In this document: one piece after another, positions 25,701 to 50,585 of the stretch | Position numbering within the stretch: position 1 is the first letter of the stretch | How the letters are laid out: each line of letters starts with the position of its first letter | NCBI GenBank assembly: GCA_036172245.1 | Contig: JAYWIR010000117.1 | Location: forward strand, 1-64,000 | Source of the DNA: Raillietiella orientalis | Taxonomy: Eukaryota | Direction: 5' to 3' | Length of the DNA stretch: 64,000 nucleotides | Made by a program: the position numbers and the translations under genes | Notes under the pieces: generated by a model | Database searches by the model: none | The model's input: only the letters and a program-made list of their open reading frames with translations | What the model was told of the DNA's origin: nothing

Positions 25701-27382
25701 GCGTTTCACGCCGTCGTATGCACCGTCACAGCAAACGTTTCCATGCAAATGAAGCAACAGGAGAGAGTCCGCTTCCACCGACCTCGCTTGCCCCCGCACC
25801 GTTTCGCATGTCGAGCACAGGCTAGAACGCTGTGACCAGCAAGCAAGCTGTTGCCATCAGGCAGTGGAACGCTGGCTGCCGGTGCGTGCCTGCCGCATCC
25901 AACGATTTTTCCTTGGGTTCGTGCGGTGGTATCCGTCATCGGCGGCAAGCTTTCACGTGGAGCGCATCGCGCTTCTGCAAGCACGCTCTTGCTGCGCGTT
26001 CAGCCGTGTGCGGCGGGGCGGCGCCGCGTTGCTGGCGATCTTACCGGGAAGAAGGGAGGAGAAGGCAGGGAAACGAAGGACGTCGGACAGGTGGACTGCC
26101 AGTCTAACGTGGCGTCGCACGGAAAGTCCGGAACAGTCCACAAATACTGATGTAAGAAACACGCAAAAAGTGTGAGAACGAGACGATGACAGGGGTTTCC
26201 GCGTTCGACCGTTCCCTGCAAGCGGAACCGGCGCTGCATAACGAACATCTCGCTGCTCGCTCATATCTTCTGGGAGTTCAGGCCGCCTGGCAGCCGTCGT
26301 CATGTTGAATTCAGCGAAAGAAGTGTCGTCTCGAGCAACCGCTCGAGACTCCAGCTGGTGGAGGGTTGCGAAGACAAGGCCTCCTTACGATGAGCGCATC
26401 TAACGAAAAGCGGCCAGGCGTGAAGAAGCGGCGCATCCCAATTCTTGGGCTGTCCCCCTGGAGCAGGAGCACGGATGCCACCTTCTTCGCAGTGGAGGAA
26501 AAGATGCGCGAGCGTTTCCGCACCAGTCTTTGAAGACGCAACTCCCCCGCAGACGATGCTTGCGCTCTGGTTGCAATGCAAGCTAACCCATGCGCCATCG
26601 GAGCGGGAACACACGCACTCGTCCACGCACGAACGAGAGTCCACAAGTTGTTCTGGTGGCACACTGAAGAGTTCACAGCAGCGAAGGACTGCTTTGGGAA
26701 CATGGCCAGGCGTGGCACCTTCTGCCGGACTCCAGTCGCCCATGGGACGAGTTGATCCCGCCGCTAGGCAACTGTCCACTAAAGCAGAAAGCGCTGCCGC
26801 AAGGGGCGTGGAGAGCCCACTTGTGCTGGTCCTGCAGCACTTCCTCCACTGGACACGATGGGGAAAGGTGCACGCAACAAAGTTCCAAAACGACCACTTG
26901 CCTCGCGACGGTACCGGCGCGTGTCCCGGTTCGTCGGGCGGCAGGGGAATCAAGAGTGGGCTGCCAGGGACGAGCACGAGCTGCCCGAAGGGGAGCTCAA
27001 GAAGCCTCTCGTGGTGGCGCGCTGGGCATGCGGCAGCAACGAAAGCAGCAACTGGGGATGACCGAGAGCTTCAGGAAAACTCTTCATGAGCTCGTACACC
27101 GAGTGGATTCGCAATACTCGTACATGCCGTGCATCAACGAACGTTTCTTGGAACAGGTGCTTGGAGAACGCAAAATGAGGTGCCTTTCAAGTTGAGTGTT
27201 GAGTGTCCCTTCACGGATGCGTTTCGCGAAACTCCAAGCCGTGCACGCGCCACCATCCCGCTCACCAGCCTGCTTGCTGTTGTCGCACGCAACAAGCAGA
27301 GCATGCGCCAACGAACCGTGTCTTTGAGGCAAGCGCGCGTTCCACGCACCGCTGCTGCGCTGAACAAAAAATCCGACGCCTA

Positions 27383-27800
27383 CGCAAGGGAGGAAAGTAC
27401 ACAGTCCGTCTGCAACTGAAAGTGTTTGTCGAATGCACAAAAATTCGAATCTGTGATGCGAAAGTGTGTGCGACGACGAAACAAGGATGTGTTTCGTTAC
27501 GGCAGAGGGAAAAATCTTCAGCTGCGGAGGACGCCAAATGGCGCTGGCACGACCGGCGGCCCGCGAACAGCGAGGCGCGCCTGCGCTTTTACGAACCGCT
27601 GTGCGTCGCAAGCTCTCGGTCGGCCGTCGCCCTCGGGGCTACGGGGGTGCGCGTGGGGCAGCGCGTGGTGGCCAGCGCGCACACACGCACGTGGGATCGC
27701 TCCGTCGCAAGCGAGCGAACTCGGGGGCTTTGCTGTAACACCGCAAGGAGGTGTTGAGCAGCGCATGTGCCACGAGCAACTTTTGTTGCATCGCAGCCTG
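27383..27800. other. Single-copy GC/CpG-rich flank at the array edge, grading into AT-rich sequence by ~28.4 kb
   Basis: Very GC-rich stretch 27540-27730 not present in the repeat unit; no recognisable protein motif. Confidence 0.4.
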
Positions 27801-30558
27801 CGTGCAGAAGTAGACTGCACAAAAATTGCGGAATTCTTCGAGAAAGTCGAAATTTCCCCATTCGTCATGTTTCCTGAAGCACTTGACTCCAACCTGGAAG
27901 GGAGGAATTGTGTGACGATTCAAGGGAATAGTTTCACAATGTTCCCCCCATCCCATTGGTACGTCGAAGCCAATTTCCTTGAAAATTCCCAACTGCTTTC
28001 CCGACGAAATCGGATTCCGAAAAACAGCGAAATGCGGAAAATCAGAAAGGATGGGAAGGGAAAGAGGGAGATCGAAAGACTTTGGAAAGAAAACGAAAAC
28101 GGTTGTGGAAAGAGCGCACTGCAGAGAGATGCGTAGTCTTCCTGAGTGCGAATACAGCTGATTCGCGAATGGGCGTGAGCTCCAACACAAATCGGAACTG
28201 GAAAAATGTTCCACCCGACTGGGATGATGGCGTCAACGAAAAAGTGCTATCCAAGGGAACAACGCTTGTTGCACTGGTTGCTGTTCTCGAAAATGCTGCT
28301 CCCACATCCCGGAACAACCAGAAAGAAATTGCATCTTGAAAAGAATGTCTTCTTGAGCGATGGAAACGATGCGCTGAATTTGAAATACGGAGGAGCACAG
28401 GATAGTGTGTTTCCACATGAGTTTGTGTTTTCTTCGAAAACGCATCCCTTCCTATGAATTGTATGAGACAAATATTTGTGCAAAATGTTGTAGAAAGCTT
28501 ATTTGAAGTGTTTTCTTTTCGAGTAGGTGATTTGAGCGGTTTACTCGAAGCAATAAATACATTTGTTGTTCTCAGTTATGGTATTATTCTTTGCTCTATT
28601 CTGTGTCTAATGATCATAGTGACGTATTCCCTTTCTAAGTTTCGAAGTCCGTGCAACTGTTTTATGAATGATCACACTTCGAGCAGTTCATTTCGCCCAT
28701 ACATACTGATCTCGGAAATCGAAAAATCTGAAAACTCCAGACGATCTAAATCTAAATGGAAGAAAAATATCCTTGCAAGAACGTAAGGAACAATGCAAAT
28801 TGAAAATGCAGAAATATTTGAAGAGCATTTCCTAAGCGAACGGTTTATTTTAGATTCTAATGCTCCGCTTAGCAATATTCACGGCAGCTGATCCGACGAG
28901 AAAGATTCGCCTTTTTAAATACTTGCATGCTTTTTTATTGAATGAAAGCTTCAATGTGCTCACAAAGAAAAAAAGTAAAAGGTGAAAAAGATCACGTTTT
29001 CAATGAATAACTTTGCAAGCTATAATTGGGAAACCTGTCGACTGCAGGAGTGGAATTGCAAATCTGGAAAAAACGTGCCCGTTGATGGGTGTCATTGATG
29101 TTTTCACTGAAATCGGAGCTTATCGAGGAAATCAGTCTTCTAGCTAGGCTATAAGGACTATCTCCCATACTTAGTAATGAAGACCAACTTGCAGCTCCGA
29201 CGGAAGCAAAGATTTTGTTAGCATGGTATCCACAGTTGAATATCTGCTGCTGGTAGCAGTGAGATCTGCAGGTGTTTTACAAGTTATTTTTTAAACAAAA
29301 TGGTTGCAAGTCGCTGCAAAAGATAATGTCTATTTTTTGATAAATCACACAGCTTTCTTCTCAAAGCAATTGGTGCTGGTTTTACAGGAGGCAACCGAAG
29401 TCGTTGGATGTTTGCTTGCAAAAACTGATCTGATACTGCATCTGGTATACTGACTACATCATCAGTAAGTTATAAATGTAACAATATTCATTTATCATTG
29501 AAGTTAATGAATGTTTCATTTAATTGGGTGACTGATTCACATTGCTTGCAGATCAAACCTTCTACGCATATCCATCGAATTGTTGTGTACAACGCAAAGC
29601 TTCGAAGTTTTGGAAATTCCGTTTTCGCGCTTCAACTAAGTGTCAGCAGTTCTCATTTCTTCTGCATAATTCTATCGAATGCTGCATGCAGATGCCATCT
29701 GCACCAACGGTGGATTTTTGAAACTTGCGCCTTTTTTTTTTTTTGCTGTATTTTATGGCCCCATGGAAAAGGGCACTTTTAAAGACATTCCTGTTGAATG
29801 CAATACATTTTCTTAGCTGGTCCTCAAATAAACTTGAATCTTAAACTGGGACACCAAATAAATAGAATCGAGATTTTGGTGTGGACACATTTCCTGAATT
29901 CTTTTTATGAAATGAAATCAACGGCTATCATCGGATGTGCTGTAATCAAATAAAATTCTACATTGCCAGCTGCTGCAAGATGTTGAAAAGGAAAAAAAAT
30001 TCATTTGCTTTTTTAATAGTTTCATCAGAAGAGAATAGCGGATTTGGAAAAATTGCTAGACCAGACTTAAATTGACCATTTTGTTGGCATCAGAAAGTGA
30101 ATTTATATTCTGAAAGTTCTACTTGCAGAATGTAAATTTAAGAAGGAAAAAAAATCCAAAAGTGCTCAACTGTTCAGCTGAACATGTCAGGATGATTCAT
30201 GAAATGTATTCTGTGCTTTCAATGCTGTAAGTGTACTAGTGAATTCTATTCAGTGCTGAATAAAGACAGTTGTGGGGAATTCTCTTCTGTTAAAAGTATC
30301 TGAGAAATGTGCACTGTAATGTTGGTGGAAAAAAATTTTCCTTCCTCCTTATTGCATTCCTACAAATGAGTCTGCACGAGAACTAAAGGATTAAATCGGT
30401 TACAATAAACATTTTTGTAATGACTGGAATATTTTTAAAAAGGAACGCATTATGATTCTCCACAATTAAATACTTCTGTCCAAATCAGTAATTACGTTAA
30501 ATCTACAAAAATGTTGCGTGCTGAGTTTCTGAATTTCGAAACCCTGGGAGCCGCTTCT

Positions 30559-41475
<10,917 letters not shown>

Positions 41476-43971
41476 CAATTTCAAAAACAAAAAACAGCTG
41501 GTGGAGAGTGGAAAAATCCTTTTACATTTCACTAAAATCCGTTTGTCAAATTGAAATTAGCAACTTAAAAGACCAAATACGACGTCTGTTTATTTTTTTA
41601 CATGGCCTCAACCCCGTGTCACATAAATGTGCACAGTTTCATGAAATTATGACCGTATTCATTTATGCATACTAAATCTAAATTGTACAAGGTTATAGTT
41701 TGTTCTTAAAAAGAAAAAAAAACAGTAACCCCAAAAAACAAATCGCGTGGATGTTTCTATTTAGAAGATCTGATTGAAGAAAAGCAAGTCATTTATTCAT
41801 GTTTTCGATTGAACTTCGAGTCGATCTTCCAATTCATATTTAATCATTGCTTCACTTCCTTAAATATTATTTTACAACCATTTAAATGTCTACTTTTCTA
41901 AAATATTAGTCGATTTTGTTGTGCACTTCTGCATCTTTTGCATAAATAACTAAGAAAAGAAAATTAAAAAAAAAAAAATACTTGATTGAGAAGTTATGAG
42001 CCAACACCTGCAAACTACACAAATCACTTTCTAACTTATTTGGATGTTTTAAATAGGCACATAACCTGCACAAAAGTACCGTCACTGAATAGAAAGATTG
42101 GGATTTAGTTCATACTCAACAGCTGTAATCATGAATAAGGTTGTAGGAACGTTTGTTTTATCAGGTGAGCCACACATTAAAACATACACATCACTCATAT
42201 GCATATATTGCTGGTTTCCATGGTTACAAGACATCATCAACGTTTGAACCATCGATTGCAGCAACTCACTTGTGTGTTGTATTGATTTCAATTGAACTGT
42301 GGCCTACTTTTATTCTGACACACAAATGTTTTTGAATACTACATTTCAATCCGGAACTGTTCTTCCACTTATCTGAAACCGATCTTTCCAGTTCTAAATT
42401 CTTGCTGCACCATCGAATTGTAGAATTCAATTAAGATCCTTGAAATTCTTCATGCCTACGTACAAATGCATTGATTACAAAATAGCGCTTCACTTTTCAA
42501 GTTTCATGTGTGACGCGGCAAAATTTCAAATGTTCAATGTTCAAATGCTCAATTCAAATGTTTTGGTATTATTCGCCGTTATCTGAATAAACATATCTAT
42601 ACATTCACCAAAGTTGCACATGCCAAATTTTGTCCAAATGGAAAATAGATGTGCAAGTCCATAAATACACATACAGCAAAGACAGGATTAAAGCCTGCTT
42701 GTACGAATTGATCATTCAACTATTTCTGTGTGACGGCGGCTTCATCGAATCTGTTCATTTATATTATAGATTTTTCATTGATACATATCCATTGCATAAA
42801 GTACAGAACTAGACTTAGAACGAGAAATAAGATGACTTAATTCTGAAACCTGCATTTGTCAGGGTACATTTTGTGCTTATTAAATAGATGAAAGAACAGT
42901 ATATGTGATCTCCAAATCAGAGAAAATGCCTTTTCATGATTGTCACATAGTAGGCTTGACCGATGCGAGTCAAAGAAAGTCATGCTAATGCTTTAATTCA
43001 ATTTTGTTTCAGCAAAGCTGATATGAGGTTAAATTATTATTATTATTTGTGCTTACCGAGTCCAACTACATGATTGCCTTCGAGTCATTAGAAAATCATC
43101 CATTTCTTTTGCAAATTTGGGAACTACTGTGTTGTTTACGACTGTTATGATGCCGAAAGCATTTTTGCTATAGTGGGACACAGAATTCACGAACTTTCTT
43201 TACGGGAGACATCACATATTGCTCTTTGGAATATGACAAGCTCACTGGCCTTCGCTTCATAAAGCTCATCTCCAAAATGGTGTGGGGATGAAAATTTTTC
43301 CTTACCTGCGATTTCCGAGAATCCTCACAAGAAATCTCTTGCTATAGACTTGAAGATACAGGCAGCAAAGTATTCAAACCAAGCATGGTTTTCATGGATA
43401 CATGTTGTATTTGAGATGCGTGCACAAAAATCAGTAGATGAAAGTCAACATTCTACTTGCTGAACAGAAGAATAGGGTATTGTGGATACCATTTGCAAAG
43501 CAGTAGGATGTAGGAATACTACTGAAGTGTTTTCTATCCACCTTATACCTACTGAAAGAGTAACGTAAAGCACTGTCAAGTGCATGTGCAGTCTCAGATT
43601 GAAAAACGGAATAAAACAGTAAGATTTTTGTAATCAGAACCAAATCGATATTGCATGAATGCACTCTTCTTTAAACTGATAAAACCACTGAGAGGAACGA
43701 AGAAACTGTTGATGACGAAATGCATCAGTAAAGTGAATGAAGTAGCGAGTCAGCGGGATGTATTCCCTCACTCTCCCTTCTAAGACAACGATTTGGCAAT
43801 CTCGTCTTAATCTTCTTGGACTTGGGAGAAGTTGGAACGTGCAAAACAAGAATGAGTTCATTTCCGAGGACGAATGCTCTCTCGATTTCGACTGTCGTGC
43901 TGGAGGGTATTACGGCACTGATATCATGGAATTAAAATCAGCCCAGATGCTGCTGCTATCAGAAAAATGGT

Positions 43972-44034
43972 AGTTGTTTAATTTGCTAATTCTACTTTGT
44001 CAAATAAAAAGTAGAGTTAGCAAATTAAACAACT
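43972..44034. repeat. 63-nt inverted repeat (27-bp arms, 9-nt loop)
   Basis: AGTTGTTTAATTTGCTAATTCTACTTT-gtcaaataa-AAAGTAGAGTTAGCAAATTAAACAACT; a single mismatch, which is a G-U pair on the plus-strand RNA. Confidence 0.85.
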
Positions 44035-44479
44035 TCAAGTAAGGGTTCTTTACGCTAGCAAAATTATAGCAACTTTTGATGGCTTTCTCTAGACCTATTT
44101 CCAAGTACAAGTACGCAACTCCCTTTCTTCGGCTCCTCTTTCGAACTCTTGTTCAGTCATACTGGCATCTGTTGGAAACTGGACTTAGTAGTTCGAAAAT
44201 TGGAAGATTTCAGTTACATTTGTGCTTCCAATGTAGATAGCTAATTGGTTGTTGAGTTTCGCCAGAAAACACTGCTATAAATCTTCGTTTTCATATCTTT
44301 TCAAGTTCGCTTGTGCATTCAACGTAAAAGAATCCTAGACCTTTTTCTTCACAGCCACCAATCATTTCCGGATTTTGTGCACGAACGTAATGTCCCGTCA
44401 ATATCATCTTAATTTAAGCAATGTATTCGGTACTCTTGGAATCATAAATATTACCAAGAGTATACTCTAAGAAATAATA

Positions 44480-44930
44480 GGATTGCATCATGCCGATAGC
44501 CAAAGTCAGCGCTGTTTCTCCTTTTACTTTTGTTGCGTTTTGATCAGCGCCATATTTCAAAAGCATGCTTACTGCTACTAAGTTCTAATTTGAAAGAGCC
44601 ATGTGAAGAACAGTTGCTCCGTTCTCATCCTTAGCATGAATTTCAGTATTGTATTTTAAATGTTTTATCACTTTTTGATCTGATCTCCTAGAAGCCAAGT
44701 GATTATTTTGTGTTCTGGGTGTTTACTGGGTTCTTAATTCTAAATGTGGATGCAAAATGAAGTGCAACCGTACCACACAAGTCTTTCGCACAAATATTGC
44801 TCTTGTACTCCAGAAAGAGTTTACGTAATCTTCATGCTTTGCAGCAATGTGAAGTACAGTGCTTCCATACATGTACTCCACATTAACATCGGCCTGGCAA
44901 TCCAAAAAACTTTTTATCTTGAGTCTTCCA
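44480..44930 (-). pseudogene. Decayed ankyrin-repeat coding sequence
   Basis: Fragments ADVNVEYMYGSTVLHIAAKH, EIHAKDENGATVLHMALSN*NLVAVSMLLKYGADQNA and KGETALTLA match the ankyrin consensus; in-frame stops and frameshifts are present. Confidence 0.8.
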
Positions 44931-47679
44931 TGTTTAGATGAAGAGCAGTAGTTCCATAGTCATAGGTACAAGCAAGCATGTATATTGGTTTTAGTTCTGT
45001 TAAGCATTAATGTATAAAAAAATTATCTATGGAGCATGAAATGTAAATGAATTAACAAAGAGCAATGTTGTGCATAGTGCTTGGTTGATGAGTAAGGAAA
45101 CAGATGTTTGACCAGGGTGTTCAGAAAAGTAGACATTATACATGATTTGTTCTTCTGTAGCACAAACTTGAAGACATCTGCAGAGGGTTGGATGAAAAAT
45201 GGAAAAACTTGTAGTACATGGGAATATAGCAGTGGCTTTTTTTAATTCATTGGAAATGGATGGAAGAGACAACCATTAACAGCCAACATGAGTTTAACAA
45301 TAACATCTCTTAATCAAAAAAATCACTGATACATTATACAAATAAATCAATTTCTGTAACTGAGTTATGACTAAAAATGGCATGAAATCACAGATTTCCT
45401 TGTGCTACATTTTCAATATCTAAATACACAATTGCTTAAAGGCCACATAATCAAAGATTTGCCTCAATATGTTCAGGAATGTTTTTTAGGCAGTTTTTCT
45501 CTTTTAGATGATAAGCTAATTTAATTATTAAGAAAGTCTATACCCCATTATGATGTACACTAAACCAACATCTTTCATAACTCCCAACACAATTCGTAAA
45601 GAATATCCATATTCTGTAAAACATCTTAGTTAATTGCAAGCACACTACTGCAGCTCTTGAGGAACGAGTTTGCTTCATGTATCTAACAAGTTTATAATGT
45701 AACTAAAAAAGTAACTTTTGGATTGCATTAACAAGCTACCTGCAAACACAAGCTAAATAACTAAATCAATGACCAAGTTACTATGAGCACATTTATACAC
45801 CAAATAGTGATGAATAAAAACTGAAATGAATACTACATTACATTCAAAAGTCTCTACATTTCTGATACTGCTGCTTCAAATTTATTGCTTTCAATGGCAA
45901 ATTTTTCAATTGTAAAAAACAAAGATGCCTTAAGCATCTGCACCATTAAGTGATCTCATAGATGAATTTTTTAATTCTGCACCCAATATTAAAAGGCTAT
46001 CCGTTTGGATTTAAAATTACAAATGATATTCTAATAATTTGACTCTATCAACATACTTAGACGCTTTTCATTTAACTTTTTTAAAGTTTTCCTTTGCTTC
46101 CGCTAGTTCTTGGTTTGTAGTGATGGGGAAACATTTTGATCAAATATGGTTTTGGGTACAAATTGTTTGTCTTTTAGGCTTTGTGGCTTATCAGACAAAG
46201 TATCCAATAACCTTTCCGCTCTTTCTTCTTCAACACTTTTTCGATATGGTGTATAACTGAAAACAATGCATGAACAATTTATTTAACATGGAAAAACAAC
46301 AAATTTGATGAAAAACTAAGGGAAGATAAAAGCCGAGGATTCTACTTCATAAAAATCTACTTGGCACATCAATATGTAAAAAGCTCAAATGATGCCGGCT
46401 AAATAGCTACGAAAATGGTACACTTTGTTGCACTAGCATTCCAAATGATGGAGAATTCACTATTATTAACAGTTTCAAAATTATTTACAACAAATAGCCA
46501 TGGAAAACAATGAATGCTGAAGGGTACTGATTTGTGGAATATAGGATCCACGCAGTATTTAAAGGCAAATCAGTGAGAACAATCGTATTGTCTTACTTTT
46601 TTGACAAAAGACTTTCTAAGTTGTATCCCACTATTCCTATTATTGCCACTATCGGAAAAGTAACATAAGGTACGTATTTTTTAACGGTATGAAGAACAAT
46701 TTGCAACATCACTGAATACTCCTCAAAGAACTTTGATTCATTCGATGGACTCGCTTTGTTTCCCTTACTATTACATTTAATGACATACCAGTCACTTTCT
46801 ATGCCGCATCACAAACATTTTGACATTCTCCAGTTTGCGTTCCATTCAGGTTTCATGCTATTGTCCAAAAGCAATGAACTATCTGGGAACACCCTAAATT
46901 TCTTTGGTCCTAATTATGCATCCTTAAATTTTAATCCTTAAACTTATCTCTTTTCCTAAAAATGAAACCAGTACTTATGAACTCAAATCATTCTATGATT
47001 TCTAGAATTTTCTGAAATTTTTGAAAATGCATTTCTGAAATTGTGATTCCGGCGTCATTTAAAAAATAGACAAGGTCAAATCTACTTCGAGTCGGCTAAC
47101 TCTAGAAATTACCTAAATATCTTTTTTTCTGAACACCTCAATAAGCGGACGCAATCGCTTAAAACTTTTTATCCCTAAAAGTTGCTTCTCTGCAGTTTCA
47201 AAAACTCCTTCTTTCAAATATTTGCTTTCTCATGTTCTAAAACATAAATTCTTGTTTCTCTCTCTCTTTTTTTTTCTTCAGTTAGCTCACTATACAGTAA
47301 GTAACAAGTAATTCTTTTCTTGCTCACAAATACGGGATGTTGTTTCGTAATGATGATGTCTGCCAGTGACTTGGTTCGAAGAGCATCCCCATTCAGCTGG
47401 TGGCTGTTCCGTGAAGGACAATCTGAGTGTATCCAGAAAAGAAACTTATATAACAAAAGGGAGAGTTCTGAGGATTCCTTACAGCCAATGTGATTTTGTA
47501 AAAGAAGCAATCTATTGTGGTGTTTGCTATTTAGTGTTAGCAGCAATTCAGTAATCAAGGAATTAGACGAATCATTGGATACTACCAGTCTCTTCAGCTA
47601 ATCTGACATTAGTAGAGACTACATAAATGTTATCAACGCAAAAGTTCAGGCCATTACACTCATTACAAGGGTGGGTGAA

Positions 47680-50585
47680 TTTATTTTCTTTGATCATTTA
47701 CTCTAGGTATTTGCATTCGTTTTCTCCAATTATTTCACTTATGTCTCCTGGAATTATCACTGAGGTTCACTACACTTGGGGAACTGGGCGTCGTTTATGC
47801 CTAGACGTTGTCCTCAATCCTTCTCAGGATATGTCGGTAGTTCCAGGCCTGTACTCTTTCACAGTTTCTTGTGCCGATCTCCTTCTGTATAAGCCCTTTC
47901 AGGATTTCCATTGGAAATGCGGCGGTGCTGGTGGTCTTCATCTTTCAACACCGCACATGGATGGCGGTGATGAAGAGGGCGATGGTCATCCATACCATGG
48001 GTTTATAACAAGGAACGTTTCCATTTCCTTGGAACATGCCTGCTAAAGTTCCCATGGTCGATGTGGTGGGCAGCCCGATTATCCTTTTGAGGGTGTGCCA
48101 CTCTTGTTGCATAGTGGGATAGGTGACGACGTGGAGTCTTGTATCCTTGTCTCCACATGCTTTGCAGTCCACATCTCTTCATCCTGTGAACGGCTTCATG
48201 ATTGTCCCGCACACGATTCCTCCATGATATAACATCAGGAGGTTATCCTGTGTATCCAGTGACAAGTCACTCTTCCAGAGCGTCGTTCCGATCGCCAACA
48301 GGTTTATTCCAGCATTTCCGTAGCGATGGGCGCTTTCTTGGAAGACATTGGTGTCTTTTTCCTCTTCGACTACTAGTCGGCATAGGTTTCTCTTTGTTAC
48401 CCTGGACCACACGAAGTTGTTGTGGTTTTTCTACACTTCGCGAGTTCTGTGGGTGAATCTTCCAGCTATCCTGTCAATGTATCGGAGTACTCGGGAGTGG
48501 TGAAGGTACTCTCCTCGTTTCCATGCTTCAGCTGCTTGCCAGGTAACCCTGGACCGCTGGTGGATCCAGTTCTTCGTATCCGGAGGCACCGGGAGCATCC
48601 ACGGGATCACCAGGATGGATTTTTCTCGCCAGAGTTCCTTGCTCCTTGGTACGGTCTTCAGCTGGTGCTTGTGTACCAGCTGTTGCTTTCGTCTCCAGGT
48701 TGAATCGATGGTCCCCCATTTACCCACTCGGCCGAGCAGCGCAGTCATCAGTCCTCTCGAGTTATTTATCAACAATGAGTAAGCCCTGTGCTCTGCACAC
48801 GGCCAATCTTCCAAACTTTCCGACATGTCCAGGAATTGTCGCACGTCCATGGTGCCCACAGCGTGTGCAAGCGACTTCATCCCGGTACCGCCTTCCTCCT
48901 TAGGACGACACAGTGGTTTGAGGAGGACTCTCGGTCGATAGCCTTCCCAGAGGGTTTTCCTTTGTAACTTTTCTACTTCTCTTCTGGTTCTCGATGCATT
49001 CTGCAGAAGGCAGGTCCGAAGAGTATCTTTGGAAGGAGTACTCCGTTCCAAAGGTTGGCTCTCAGCTTCATTCTAAAGTCCAAACGGGTATACTTCGCTC
49101 CTTCTTGCTCTGTTTTCCCCAGGATTTCCTTTCACAATAGTTGGGACAATGAATTGTCGCCAATATTGACACCCAGGTACTTGGCACTGTCCACCGTTCG
49201 GAATCCTTCCTCCATGAGTATGGAGAGATCCAGGATCACGACGGGCAAAAGTTGGCTTTTCTAGGCGTTGATTTTTAAGCCCAATCCTTCTTCTATAGGC
49301 TCCAGCACATTCAGAAACGCACGCTGATCTCTCTCTCCTTTCAGGAAGAAGAGATCATCCGCGTAAGCCAGATGGATGAGCCGTTGATTGTCGACAGTGA
49401 TTCCGCAGAGGTGCCCAATTCTCTCCATGAATGATGAGAGGGCCTCCATGTATAGGACAAACAGCATCGTATTGAGAGCGTCGCTTCGTTCCATCCGGAT
49501 GGCTGCTGTCTCTTCCCCGTTTATCTTGATCCGAACGTGTTGCACTTCAAGTATCATCACAAAGTTGCTGAAATGTTCCGGGAGGCCCAGTATTCCCGGA
49601 ATCTTCAGCACCATCCCATGATCCACCGTATCGAAAGCTTTCTCCGTGTCAGTGAAACCCAGTACCAAGTTCTCGCCGATATATTGGCTGAGACCAATGG
49701 CCTGGGAACAATTGACATTGTCTGACATGTGGCGTCCGGGCACTGCACATGTCTGGACGGGAGAGATTATCTTCGGCATGACTTTGCCTAAGCGGTTAGC
49801 CCAGATCTTTGCTAACCACTTGACATCCCTGTTCAGGAGTGAGATTGGTCTCCATTGGGAAACCTTGGTTAGGTCACCTCCTTTCAGCAACAATCTCATC
49901 CTGTTCTCGTAGAAGGATGCAGGTAATCGTCCTTCTTGTCGATGCAGAGCGTCAGCTGGTGGACAAACGCCGGTAGGCATGCAAGTACCGCTGATAGTGA
50001 GAGATGAGGACACTATTAGGGTCCGCAGCTGCATCCTTGAGAAGTTCCACAAGCGCAGCCTTCATTTCTTCTTCGGAGATTTCCTCTTCAAGCATCTTCC
50101 GATGGTTTTCACACACTCGTCCTTCCAGATGTCGCAGAAAAATTCCTTGATTAGTCGGGCACAGATGCCTTTCGTCGGAAGTGCTCCAATGCCTCTGGAA
50201 GGCATGAGCGATGTCTTCCGACGTGTGCCGACTGTGGCCATCATACCGGATGCAGAAGATATCTGTTGCCAGATTCTTCTTCTCCAGCGCGCCGACTTCC
50301 CCTTTTATATTTTGAAAGACGTACCGACTCTCGTATTGTTCCCAATACTTCGAGAGGGAGCGATCTTGGATGTTCAGCTCCCGGTACGCTTCCTGCCTCA
50401 GTCGCTTGTCACCGAACTGCATGTTGCAGAACAGATGGACTCGGTATTTCAGGCTATCCCAGTTGGCAACTCTGCAGATGCTGGTCATCTGCAGAATCGT
50501 CTCTATAACTTCTTGATGGCAGGGCAGCGTTTCGAACCAGGCGGGCATGTTGATGAGCGCTGCCCTTATGGCCTTCTTTCGCCGA
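47680..50585 (-). mobile_element. Element A, 3' part: degenerate L1/Tx1-like non-LTR retrotransposon ORF2 (RT and C-terminal region) and 3' UTR
   Basis: WRPISLLNRDVKWLAKIWANRL, QTCAVPGR, DTEKAFDTVDH, LAYADD, then AKYLGV and a C-terminal CKACG..H motif; several frameshifts, QG motif missing; ORF2 stop near 47802 and minus-strand AATAAA at 47680-47685. Confidence 0.92.

Larger units (their letters stand above)
1..27382. repeat. Tandem array of an ~8.4-8.5 kb GC-rich unit; units 2007-10405, 10406-18901 and 18902-27382, plus a partial unit 1-2006
   Basis: The same sequence and ORF set recur (e.g. CCTTCGCTACGCGCACG near 3, 8454, 16879 and 25379; ORF 62-310 repeats at 25438-25686, offset 25376). 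Identity to the unit stops at ...GACGCCTA|CGCAAGGG (27382/27383), where internal junctions read ...CGCCTA|TTCCGTCC. Confidence 0.97.

Noticed and set aside
1..27382. The many overlapping 60-400 aa ORFs in the array, including antisense F/S/L-rich ORFs such as 2791-3975
   Set aside because: Shadow ORFs from high GC content and from the antisense strand of the K/E-rich frame; no motifs.
28450..28900. ORFs 28454-28786 and 28672-28875 as a transposase relic
   Set aside because: No DDE or DNA-binding motif and no terminal inverted repeats recognised.
45000..47000. Protein-like minus-strand fragments (e.g. HIEKSVEEERAERLLDTLSDKP)
   Set aside because: Riddled with stops and no recognisable family; at most an old pseudogene that I cannot support.
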